Assembly: GCA_964453185.1 (NCBI GenBank)
Contig: CAYVNN010000002.1
Location: 274,308-338,307, forward strand
Source: an uncultured Methanosarcinales archaeon
GTDB taxonomy: Archaea; Nanobdellota; Nanobdellia; Woesearchaeales; DSVV01
Reading direction: 5' to 3'
DNA: 64,000 bases
Of the stretch, positions 48,040 through 56,818 are shown one piece after another. Under the pieces are notes generated by a model that did not search any database, was not told where the DNA came from, and saw nothing but the letters and a program-made list of their open reading frames with translations. Both the position numbers and the translations under genes were made by a program. The number at the start of each line of letters is the position of its first letter. The stretch's first letter is position 1.

Positions 48040-48156
48040 TGCGCCGGCCGAGATTCGAATTTCCGGTTGCTTTAGGCAACGCTCGGATCAACGGCTCCCT
48101 TCTTAGCTATTAAGCCAAATGGAAGGCCGCTATACTAGCCATTGTACTACCGGCGC
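48040..48156 (-). tRNA. tRNA-Gly (anticodon UCC) with two putative introns (anticodon loop 37/38 and T-arm 53/54)
   Basis: The minus-strand transcript is GCGCCGG UA GUAC AAUGGCUA GUAU A GCGGC CUUCCA[23-nt intron]A GCCGU UGAU CCGAG[22-nt intron with GUUGC-CUAAA-GCAAC hairpin] UUCGAAU CUCGG CCGGCGC A. It has a perfect acceptor stem, the consensus T-loop UUCGAAU and the archaeal tRNA-Gly 5' end GCGCCGGUAG. No CCA is encoded. Confidence 0.6.
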
Positions 48157-48190
48157 ATACAACCGTAAGAAATGTGATTTATTTATAAAT

Positions 48191-48634
48191 TTAACGTTCA
48201 ATCATATCAATTCTTCTTTGATGTCTTCCACCTTCAAATTCTGTAGATAAAAATGTATCTATCATTCTATAAGCATCTTCAGGACTTAAACCATTCCCAT
48301 CTATTCCTCTAGCACCTAAACATAATATATTAGCATTATTATGTCCTTTTGCCATTCTAACTAAATAATCAGAATTACATACTGCTGCTCTTATTCCACT
48401 GTATTTATTAGCAGTCATTGCCATACCTTGTCCTGTTCCACATATAAGAATGCCTATGTCATCTTCACCTTTTTGTACTGCTTCAGCAACTTTATGAGCA
48501 TAATCTGGATAATGACAACTCTCTGCACTATAACAACCAACATCTTCATAAGTTAATCCTTTGCCTTCAAACCACTCAATTATCTTTTGTTTTAGATCAA
48601 ATCCACCATGATCACATCCAATGTAAACTTTCAT
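48191..48634 (-). CDS. rpiB: Ribose-5-phosphate isomerase B
   Basis: MKVYIGCDHGGFDLK N-terminus in a 147-aa RpiB/LacAB-family protein. Confidence 0.8.
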   Translation of the reverse strand: MKVYIGCDHGGFDLKQKIIEWFEGKGLTYEDVGCYSAESCHYPDYAHKVAEAVQKGEDDIGILICGTGQGMAMTANKYSGIRAAVCNSDYLVRMAKGHNNANILCLGARGIDGNGLSPEDAYRMIDTFLSTEFEGGRHQRRIDMIER

Positions 48635-49296
48635 TATCTTTCACCTTTCATTTTTTTAATAACTGTAGAATAATCTTCACTCTTAAATATCCCTGAACCA
48701 GAAACTAGAACATCTACTCCTGCTTCTATAGGTATCCAAGCATTCTCTGCCTTGATTCCACCGTCTACCTCAATAATCACTTTATTATTAAAGAATCTAC
48801 TGTCATTCTTGAGATCAAATATCTTATCATTTATTTTATCTATATATTCTTGTCCACCTTTACCTGGAACAACAGACATAAACAACACCAGATCAATTTT
48901 CTCTAAAAATGGATAAATTATTTCTAGTTGTGTTTCTGGATTTAATGAAATGCCAACTTTAATATTTCTTTTTTTAATCTCTTTGATAACTTCTTCAGCT
49001 TCATCATCACTTTCAATGTGAAATGTAATTATTGAAGCCCCTGCTTTAGCAAATGAGTCAATATATTTTAATGGGTTTTTAACCATTAAATGAACATCTA
49101 AACAGATTCCTTCAAAGTTCTCATTTAATATATCTGTATATTTTGGATCTAATAACCAATTTTCCTTCTCGACAAACCCACTTTCATCCATTACATCAAT
49201 ATGTATCCAATCTGCACCAGCATCTAATACTTTCTTTGTTTCATAAACTAAATCATCTTTATTAAGTCCTAATACTGAGGGTGCAATTATTACCAT
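48634..49296 (-). CDS. rpe: Ribulose-phosphate 3-epimerase
   Basis: IAPSVLGLNKDDL...HIDVMDESGFV matches the RPE N-terminal motif. The start shares a nucleotide with rpiB. Confidence 0.8.
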   Translation of the reverse strand: MVIIAPSVLGLNKDDLVYETKKVLDAGADWIHIDVMDESGFVEKENWLLDPKYTDILNENFEGICLDVHLMVKNPLKYIDSFAKAGASIITFHIESDDEAEEVIKEIKKRNIKVGISLNPETQLEIIYPFLEKIDLVLFMSVVPGKGGQEYIDKINDKIFDLKNDSRFFNNKVIIEVDGGIKAENAWIPIEAGVDVLVSGSGIFKSEDYSTVIKKMKGER

Positions 49297-49563
49297 AATT
49301 CTAAATAATAATTTAATTTTTATAAATTTAATTAATCTGGATTTTTTCCAAAACCAGAACTTTTAAATACAAGTTAGTACTTTATGTTTTATAGATTTTT
49401 GACTCTGAAGTTAAAACTTAAGTTCATCTTTCGTGGGTGAACACACAGAGGATGTTGAAAATCGTAACATTTTAATAGTAGTACTACGAATTTGTCTTTT
49501 GTTGGGGTCGAAAAATACTTTTTTTTATGGGACCTAAAGACAAAAAAAGTAGGGGTGATTTAA

Positions 49564-50379
49564 ATGATTGTGAAAGAAGAATTTTTAAGTAAATTGAGAA
49601 GATATTTCTCATTAAACCTATACGAGGTTAAGATCTGGGCAGCTCTTTTGTCAAGAGGAGTTTCTACAGCAGGTGAACTAAGCGACATTGCTAATGTTCC
49701 TAGATCCAGGAGTTATGATGTTTTAGAGAGCTTAGAAAAGAAAGGGTTTGTTGTTATGAAATTAGGAAAGCCAATTAAATATATGGCAGTTCCACCTACT
49801 GAAGTTCTTGAACGAGTTAAGAAAAACATGAGACAAGAAGCAGAAGGTAAAGTAAAAAGACTTGATGAATTAAAAGATACTGAAGTATTGAATGAGTTAA
49901 ACTCATTACATTCACAAGGAATTGAACTTGTTGAACCATCTGATTTATCAGGAAGTTTAAGAGGACGACATAATTTATACAACCATTTAGAATTAACAAT
50001 TAGAAATGCAGAAGAAACAGTAACAATAATGACAACATCTCAAGGCTTGATGAGAAAAATTGAAGGTTTAAAACCTACCTTTGAAAAAATCAAGAAGAGA
50101 GGAGTTAAAATTAGGATTGCAGCACCATTAACAAAAGAAACCTTTAATGCAGTTAAAGATATTCAAGATGTTGCTGAAGTCAGACACACAGATAACAAAG
50201 CAAGATTCTGCGTAGTTGATGGAAAAGAAATTGTTTTCATGGTCTTAGATGATCAAGAAGTTCATCCAACATATGATATAGGTATCTGGATAAACACACC
50301 ATTCTTTGCAGGTGCAATGGATGAATTATTCGACCTTGCATGGAAAGGAATGAAACCATCAAACAAACTAGTTAAGTAA
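49564..50379 (+). CDS. TrmB-family transcriptional regulator
   Basis: N-terminal TrmB wHTH (LYEVKIWAALLSRGVSTAGELSDIANVPRSRSYDVLESLEKKGFV) and a C-terminal TrmB-like domain. A 10-bp palindrome GTAGTACTAC lies about 85 bp upstream. Confidence 0.7.
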   Translation: MIVKEEFLSKLRRYFSLNLYEVKIWAALLSRGVSTAGELSDIANVPRSRSYDVLESLEKKGFVVMKLGKPIKYMAVPPTEVLERVKKNMRQEAEGKVKRLDELKDTEVLNELNSLHSQGIELVEPSDLSGSLRGRHNLYNHLELTIRNAEETVTIMTTSQGLMRKIEGLKPTFEKIKKRGVKIRIAAPLTKETFNAVKDIQDVAEVRHTDNKARFCVVDGKEIVFMVLDDQEVHPTYDIGIWINTPFFAGAMDELFDLAWKGMKPSNKLVK

Positions 50380-50477
50380 TTTTTTATTACTTTCTTTTTT
50401 TCTATTTCTTATTATATTCTCAACACAGCTTCTCTACCCAAAACTTTATATATAAATCATATATATACAATCATTCT

Positions 50478-52031
50478 ATGGGAGAAGATATTCAAGGATT
50501 AATAGAGAAATTGCATCCATTAGAAAGAAAAGTAGTTCCATTTCTAAATAAACATAAACAATTCAATGATTTAGTTAAAGAATCAAAGCTTAAAGAGATT
50601 GAAGTAATGCGAGCATTGCAGTGGTTACAAAACAAGCAGGTTCTAAAAATAAATGAACAAGTAACACAAGTTGTGTCCCTAGACAAAAATGGTTTATTAT
50701 ATCAGAAACAGGGCTTCCCTGAAAAGAGGTTTTTAAAAGTATTAAATAATTCAAAGGATTTAACATTACCAATGGATGAAATTGCAAAAAAAGCAAAGCT
50801 TGACAAAAATGAAATCAATGTTTGCATTGGTGCACTAAAAAGAAAAGCAGCAATTGATGTTTTAAAAGATAAAGGATTAAAAGCAAAATTATCAGATAAT
50901 GGAAAAAGATTATTAGAAAAAGATTCATTAGAAGAACTTTTCATTAAATCTTTAAAACAACCAAGAGATTTAGAAAAACTTAAAGATGAAGAAAAATTTG
51001 CACTTAATGAATTAAAAAAGAGAAAAGAAATTATTAAACTTGATGTTATAAAAACAATTTCTATTAAACTTTCATCTTTAGGAAAAAATTTAGTACAAGA
51101 AAAGATTGAAGACACTGGAGTTATTGATAGATTAACACCAGCAATGCTTAAATCTGGTCAATGGAAAAATAAAAAGTTTCGAAAATATGATGTTGGTATT
51201 AATGTTCCTAATGTTTCTGGAGGAAAAAGACATTTTGTTAATCAAACAATGGAATATGTTAAACAAATATGGCTTGACCTTGGTTTTAAAGAAATGGAAG
51301 GTAATATGATTCATACTTCATTCTGGGATTTGGATAGTTTATTTGTTCCACAAGATCATCCAGCAAGAGCAATGCAAGATACTTTTTATATTAAAGAACC
51401 AAAATCAGGAAAACTTCCAAAAAATTTTTACAAAACAATAAAAGCTGTTCATGAAAATGGTGGAGATACTGGAAGTACTGGTTGGAAAATGCCATGGTCA
51501 GAGGAAAAAGCTAAAGAATTATTATTAAGAACACATACTACTGTGCTTAGTGCACAAACCTTACATAAATTAAAAACAGAACAATTACCTGCAAAGTTTT
51601 TTGCAGTAGGTAAAGTTTTTAGAAATGAAAACCTTGATTGGAAACATTTGTTTGAATTTTATCAAGTTGAAGGTATTGTTGTTGATCCTGACGGTAATTT
51701 TAAAAATTTAATTGGATATTTGAAAGAATTTTTTGGTAAAATGGGATATAAAGATGCACGTATTCGTCCTGCTCATTTTCCATATACAGAGCCTTCAGCA
51801 GAAATTGATGTTTTACATCCAGAAAAGGATGAATGGATTGAACTTGGTGGATGTGGTATATTTAGACCAGAGGTAACAAAATCATTGATTGGAATAGAAG
51901 TTCCAGTACTTGCTTGGGGTTTTGGCTTAGGAAGAATACTTTGTCCTTATTATGGTATAAAAGATTTAAGAGATCTTTATAAGAATGATCTTAAACAATT
52001 AAGAGAGATGAAATCATGGATGAGATTATAA
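50478..52031 (+). CDS. pheS: Phenylalanyl-tRNA synthetase alpha subunit (archaeal/eukaryal type)
   Basis: The class II core (FRNENLDWKHLFEFYQVEG, GLGRILCPYYGI) with an approximately 250-aa N-terminal wHTH extension. Confidence 0.9.
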   Translation: MGEDIQGLIEKLHPLERKVVPFLNKHKQFNDLVKESKLKEIEVMRALQWLQNKQVLKINEQVTQVVSLDKNGLLYQKQGFPEKRFLKVLNNSKDLTLPMDEIAKKAKLDKNEINVCIGALKRKAAIDVLKDKGLKAKLSDNGKRLLEKDSLEELFIKSLKQPRDLEKLKDEEKFALNELKKRKEIIKLDVIKTISIKLSSLGKNLVQEKIEDTGVIDRLTPAMLKSGQWKNKKFRKYDVGINVPNVSGGKRHFVNQTMEYVKQIWLDLGFKEMEGNMIHTSFWDLDSLFVPQDHPARAMQDTFYIKEPKSGKLPKNFYKTIKAVHENGGDTGSTGWKMPWSEEKAKELLLRTHTTVLSAQTLHKLKTEQLPAKFFAVGKVFRNENLDWKHLFEFYQVEGIVVDPDGNFKNLIGYLKEFFGKMGYKDARIRPAHFPYTEPSAEIDVLHPEKDEWIELGGCGIFRPEVTKSLIGIEVPVLAWGFGLGRILCPYYGIKDLRDLYKNDLKQLREMKSWMRL

Positions 52032-52630
52032 CTAAAACTATTGAAAATTTGAAAAATCATAATATAGACGCATTTTATGTAGAAAATAAAGAAGATGCTG
52101 TAAAGAAAGTTTTAGAACTTATCCCATCAAATACAAAGATTGGTTTTGGAGGAAGCATGACACTTAAAGATCTAAACATATTTAACCATTTAAGAGAGAA
52201 AGGTTGTGAAATATTAGATTGGACTGATCCAACAAAATCAATAGAAGAGAATGTTAAAACAAGAAAAATGAACTTTTTTGCAGATTATTATTTATCATCA
52301 TCAAATGCAGTAACAATGGAAGGAGAATTAGTTAATATTGATGGGAGAGGAAATAGGGTTGCAGCAATGACTTATGGTCCAGAAAAAGTTATTGTTATTA
52401 TAGGTAAGAATAAGATTGTTAAAGATAGGGAAGCAGCCTTTGAAAGAATCAGAAAAACAGCTGCACCGCTTAATGCAAAAAGATTAAACAAAAAAACACC
52501 ATGTACTGCAAAAGGAGAATGTCAAGATTGTAATTCTCCAGACAGAATTTGCAGAACAACAGTGATTCATAACAACCAATACACAAACAGGATGAGTGTA
52601 ATTATAATTAATGAGGATTTAGGTTATTAA
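52016..52630 (+). CDS. LUD-domain (LutC/YkgG-like, DUF162) protein
   Basis: A VTMEGELVNIDGRGNRVAAMTYGPEKVIVIIGKNKIV segment characteristic of the LUD/YkgG fold. A C-terminal cysteine cluster (CTAKGECQDCNSPDRIC) is also present. The start overlaps the pheS stop by 16 nt and ends 1 nt before pheT. Confidence 0.55.
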   Translation: MDEIITKTIENLKNHNIDAFYVENKEDAVKKVLELIPSNTKIGFGGSMTLKDLNIFNHLREKGCEILDWTDPTKSIEENVKTRKMNFFADYYLSSSNAVTMEGELVNIDGRGNRVAAMTYGPEKVIVIIGKNKIVKDREAAFERIRKTAAPLNAKRLNKKTPCTAKGECQDCNSPDRICRTTVIHNNQYTNRMSVIIINEDLGY

Positions 52631-52631
52631 A

Positions 52632-54275
52632 ATGCCAACAGTAACATTAAGTAAAAAGGTTTTTGAAAAACTAGTTGGAAAAAAGCTTTCATTAGATAAA
52701 CTTAAAGATAGAATTAGTTATCTTGGTACAGATTTGGAAAAGATTGAAGGCGATGAAATCCACGTAGAGATCTTTCCAAATAGACCTGATATGTTATCTG
52801 AGCAAGGCTTAGCTAGAGCATTCTCTTCATTTATTGGAGTAAAGACAGGATTGAGAAAGTATGATGTTAAAAAATCCGGACATAAAGTAATTGTTGATCC
52901 TTCAGTTTCAATGCGTCCTTATACTGCATGTGCTATTGTAAAAAATATTAAATTTAATGATGAAAGAATAAGAGAAATTATGCAGATGCAAGAAAAACTT
53001 GCAAAAACTCATGGTAGAAACAGATTAAAGTCTGCTTATGGTGTTTATCCAATCAACAATGTTAAGTTTCCAGTAACATATATTGCTAAAGATCCTAAAA
53101 AAGTTATGTTTCAGCCTTTGGGCTTTGATAAAAAAATGCCTGCTCATAAAGTAGAACAACTTCATCCAAAGGGAAGAGAATATGCTTATGTTGCAGAAGG
53201 TTGGAAAAAATATCCTTTCTTTATTGATAGTAATGAAAATGTTATGTGTATGTTACCTTATACTAATTCCCACGATACAGGAAAGGTTGATGAAAATACA
53301 AGTGAAGTATTTATTGAATGTACTGGTACTGATTTAGAGAATGTACAAATTGCTTTAAATATCTTTGTTACAATGTTTGCTGATATGGGTGCTGATATTT
53401 ATAGTTTAGATATTGTTTATAAAAATAAGACAATAACTACACCAAATCTTTCTCCAAGAAAAATGAAGATAGATCTTAACTACGTAAACAAAAGATTAGG
53501 ATTAGAATTAAAAGAAAAAGACCTAAAACAACTTTTAGAAAGAATGGGCTTTGGTTATGAAAAGAAAACAGTTTTAATTCCAGCTTATAGAAATGACATT
53601 TTACATCAAATTGACTTTATTGAAGATATTGCAATTGCTTATGGTTATGAAAATTTTGAAGCAGTCATACCAAAAGTAGCAACTATTGCTGACGAGAGTA
53701 AACTTGAAAAATTCAAAAAGAAAATCGCTTACTTATTATGTGGTTTAGGATTACAAGAGGTAAGTACATATCATTTATTGTCTAAAGAAGATTTAATGGA
53801 TAACATGAACTCAGATTATCCAGGGATAATGCTTGCAAATTCATTGTCAAAAGAATATGATACATTAAGAAGTTGGATGATTCCTAGTTTAATGTGTGTT
53901 TTAAAGACTAATAAACACAATGAGTATCCTCAGAATATATTTGATATTGGTAGAGTTTTTGTTAAAGATAAAAAAACAGAATCATTAACAAATGAATTTG
54001 AAAGATTAGCAGTAATTCTTTGCGATAAAAAAACAGACCTTACAAATGCAAGACAGGTATTAGACTATCTAATGAGAATGATTGATATAAAATATGAAGT
54101 AATTGATACTAAACATAATTCATTTATTCCAGGGAGAGTAGGAAGAGTGGTTGTCAAAGGCAAAGAGGTAGCATATATTGGAGAAATCAATCCTGCAGTC
54201 CTAGAAAACTTTGAATTAGAAATGCCTGTAGCAGGCTTTGAATTGAATCTAACTGAGTTATTTAAGTTGATTTAA
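52632..54275 (+). CDS. pheT: Phenylalanyl-tRNA synthetase beta subunit (archaeal type)
   Basis: 547 aa, with B3/B4 and B5 domains and an archaeal beta core. It sits immediately after pheS and the LUD gene. Confidence 0.9.
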   Translation: MPTVTLSKKVFEKLVGKKLSLDKLKDRISYLGTDLEKIEGDEIHVEIFPNRPDMLSEQGLARAFSSFIGVKTGLRKYDVKKSGHKVIVDPSVSMRPYTACAIVKNIKFNDERIREIMQMQEKLAKTHGRNRLKSAYGVYPINNVKFPVTYIAKDPKKVMFQPLGFDKKMPAHKVEQLHPKGREYAYVAEGWKKYPFFIDSNENVMCMLPYTNSHDTGKVDENTSEVFIECTGTDLENVQIALNIFVTMFADMGADIYSLDIVYKNKTITTPNLSPRKMKIDLNYVNKRLGLELKEKDLKQLLERMGFGYEKKTVLIPAYRNDILHQIDFIEDIAIAYGYENFEAVIPKVATIADESKLEKFKKKIAYLLCGLGLQEVSTYHLLSKEDLMDNMNSDYPGIMLANSLSKEYDTLRSWMIPSLMCVLKTNKHNEYPQNIFDIGRVFVKDKKTESLTNEFERLAVILCDKKTDLTNARQVLDYLMRMIDIKYEVIDTKHNSFIPGRVGRVVVKGKEVAYIGEINPAVLENFELEMPVAGFELNLTELFKLI

Positions 54276-55220
54276 TCACTTTCTAGCTTTTGTATAAAAT
54301 AAATACATATAATTAACATAGAAGACACTAAATGGTAAAAGAATAACTGCTATTGAAAATATAAATAATAATAACAATATAAAACCTACAGGAATACCTA
54401 ATATTATTAATGGTATTAGTAATACTTTAGATAATGATACCAACAAAACACCAATTAAAACTAATATCAAACAAATAAATAATAATATTAACAATAATGG
54501 TACTATTAATAACAATGAAATAATTCCAGTAACAAATCCTAATAATACCCTCATTACAAAATATATTATCACATCGATAAAGTTTTCTTTAACAACATTT
54601 AGTGAATAAATAAATGAAGGCCAAAACATCTTATTCTTTATATACATTTCAATAACAGTAAAATTAAACATAATTGCACTAATAAACATAAATAACATTA
54701 TCATTAAACCTAAATAAAATGCATACAAGATAATAAAGAATAGACTTATTCCAAGGGCAGATAGACTAAGATCACCCACATTTCTTAAAACTGAAATAAT
54801 TATTGGGATAGATGGAACTACTAATAACACTATCAAACATACAAACAATAACATATTCCATAAAAACAATGATGTTCCTTTTTTACTATGTTTATTAAAA
54901 TAATCTTTTATCAATGTCTTCTTTGTAATTATAGAATCAACAAAGACAAAAGTAAAAATACATGAAATCCATTGAAATGCAAGAATAAATAATGATAAAA
55001 CACCTGTGGCTGCTAAAACAGTTGCTAGGTTTGACATAAGGATATCAAACAGGGATTCATCCAAAAGATTTGATGGCCCTCTTATGCTGTTAATTGAAGA
55101 ATTCTTCTTACTCAGCAAAGAAACTAGTCCTAATTTCAACCATTCCTTATATTTAATTGGAAATAATAGATTCTTGGTATTATTAATTGCAGGTTTGATT
55201 AAATTAATAGCTATGCTCAT
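54276..55220 (-). CDS. Polytopic membrane protein (hypothetical)
   Basis: Six to eight strongly hydrophobic helices. No known motif recognised. Confidence 0.4.
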   Translation of the reverse strand: MSIAINLIKPAINNTKNLLFPIKYKEWLKLGLVSLLSKKNSSINSIRGPSNLLDESLFDILMSNLATVLAATGVLSLFILAFQWISCIFTFVFVDSIITKKTLIKDYFNKHSKKGTSLFLWNMLLFVCLIVLLVVPSIPIIISVLRNVGDLSLSALGISLFFIILYAFYLGLMIMLFMFISAIMFNFTVIEMYIKNKMFWPSFIYSLNVVKENFIDVIIYFVMRVLLGFVTGIISLLLIVPLLLILLFICLILVLIGVLLVSLSKVLLIPLIILGIPVGFILLLLFIFSIAVILLPFSVFYVNYMYLFYTKARK

Positions 55221-55252
55221 TAATAAAATAATAAAAGAAATAATATAAAAAC

Positions 55253-55708
55253 TTATTGTTTAGCTTCTTCAACTGGTTTGGTTTCAACTTTTGCTTTTTC
55301 TTCAGTCTTAGGCTTTTCTACTTTAGCTTCTGCTTTTTTCTCTACAACCTTTTCTTCTTTTTTAGGTTTCTCTTTCTTCTCTGCTTTTGGCTTTGCTTTC
55401 TTTTCTAGTTTCTCTTTAACCTTTCTTTGTTTTCTTGGTCTTTCTGTATTCTTTGTTTCTTTTGCTTTTCTTTCTTTGCATTCAATACCTGCTTCAGTTA
55501 AAGCTTTAACAACTTCAGCATTAGAAGCTCCCTTTTTAATCTTTAAAACTTGATTTAATGGTTCAAGATGTGATATATTACACTTCTTTCTTCTTGTTTG
55601 TCCATCTAACATGACATAACCATTCTCTAGAACATCTACAATAACACCTTTCTTTCTAGCATCTCTGCCAGCAATCTTAATAACTAATCTTCCTACTTCA
55701 AATACCAT
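55253..55708 (-). CDS. rpl14e: Ribosomal protein eL14 with long Lys/Glu/Ala-rich C-terminal extension
   Basis: KOW-like N-terminus MVFEVGRLVIKIAGRDARKKGVIVDV...ISHLEP, then a roughly 70-aa KEKxxK repeat tail. Confidence 0.8.
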   Translation of the reverse strand: MVFEVGRLVIKIAGRDARKKGVIVDVLENGYVMLDGQTRRKKCNISHLEPLNQVLKIKKGASNAEVVKALTEAGIECKERKAKETKNTERPRKQRKVKEKLEKKAKPKAEKKEKPKKEEKVVEKKAEAKVEKPKTEEKAKVETKPVEEAKQ

Positions 55709-55767
55709 TCTTTCTCACCCTTAATCTCTCATTTCTTGCTCTACAGTCGCCTGTATAGAGAAGAGAC

Positions 55768-56037
55768 TTATTCTGCTCTGACTTCTGCAATTATTTTCTT
55801 TCTACTACAAGGACTACACAATACACCACCAAAAGGTCTTTCTGGTCTTTTAGCTGTTTTTGGCATATTTCTCATTTTTGCACGACTTTCTCTAGGAACT
55901 CCTGGAAGTACTTTTCCACAGTCTGCACATTGAGGTTTTCCAGTCTTCTTACTTCTATAATGTGTAACTGTCTTTCCTCCTGGGGTCCTAACTTTGACTC
56001 TTTTAACTGATCTTGATCTTAATCCTGGTCTTGGCAT
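55768..56037 (-). CDS. rpl34e: Ribosomal protein eL34
   Basis: RSRSVKRVKVRTPGGK...C..C...C..C zinc-ribbon pattern in an 89-aa protein. Confidence 0.8.
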   Translation of the reverse strand: MPRPGLRSRSVKRVKVRTPGGKTVTHYRSKKTGKPQCADCGKVLPGVPRESRAKMRNMPKTAKRPERPFGGVLCSPCSRKKIIAEVRAE

Positions 56038-56192
56038 ATTTAATCACCTTATATTATTTATATTAACTCAAGAATCAGGGCTTATTTAAAAAGCTTGTGG
56101 ATTTATATATATGACTGACTTTTCTCCAATAACCTTTATATATTATACCCACTTCCCCTACTATATTAATTATACTATATGGGGGGATATAG

Positions 56193-56804
56193 ATGGGTAG
56201 AGGATTTAATTTTTTTATGTTAGGTTGCGCAGTAGCTATGCCTTTAGGATATATAGAACGACACAATGATTGGTTTGGTATTCACACACCTGAACCAATA
56301 GCACAAGCACCTGAAGCACCAGCTGAGGGATTAGAAGGCACACTAGGACCTAGTCCAGATGCAGCTAAACCAGTACCACCACCAAAAGCATTGCCAACAT
56401 TTGAACCAGATTCTAATTTAAGTAGTGATAAACTACTAGCAAATACATCAGAACCTGGTTGTATAACTGTTTACTTTGATACAGCATATAAAGATGGTAA
56501 ATTAGTACTTGATGGAGCTAATTCTGATTCATTAACAGGCAGAGATCAATCTGATTTAGCAGGATATTGTAGAGCAGTTAAAGAATATGAAGCAGATGGT
56601 CTAAGTTTCTTAGTAACTGGATACAGAGGTAAAGATGAAGCTAGAATGTCAGGACCTAGAGCAGATGCAGTAATTGGATATGTTACTAAGTCAAGTCAAG
56701 ACTGTAAAGGATTAGTTAAAGAAGGTAATTTAACTAGAAACATTGTTGCTCTTGAAGAAAAAGGACCAACAACTAGATATGCTACTGTTTGTATTACAAA
56801 ATAA
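56193..56804 (+). CDS. Hypothetical membrane-anchored protein with possible OmpA/MotB-like C-terminal domain
   Basis: N-terminal hydrophobic segment, a Pro/Ala-rich linker, then VYFDTAYKDGKLVLD...FLVTGYRGKDEARMSGPRADAVIGYV resembling the OmpA_C core (V.F...L......GhTD..G....N..LS..RA..V..YL). It has GC-richer composition. It is embedded on the opposite strand inside the r-protein cluster. Confidence 0.35.
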   Translation: MGRGFNFFMLGCAVAMPLGYIERHNDWFGIHTPEPIAQAPEAPAEGLEGTLGPSPDAAKPVPPPKALPTFEPDSNLSSDKLLANTSEPGCITVYFDTAYKDGKLVLDGANSDSLTGRDQSDLAGYCRAVKEYEADGLSFLVTGYRGKDEARMSGPRADAVIGYVTKSSQDCKGLVKEGNLTRNIVALEEKGPTTRYATVCITK

Positions 56805-56818
56805 TTTCTTTTTTTCTT

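Noticed and set aside
50478-52031. Unusual length of PheS (517 aa) as a fusion
   Set aside because: Archaeal and eukaryal PheS alpha subunits normally carry an approximately 250-aa N-terminal wHTH extension. The length is ordinary.
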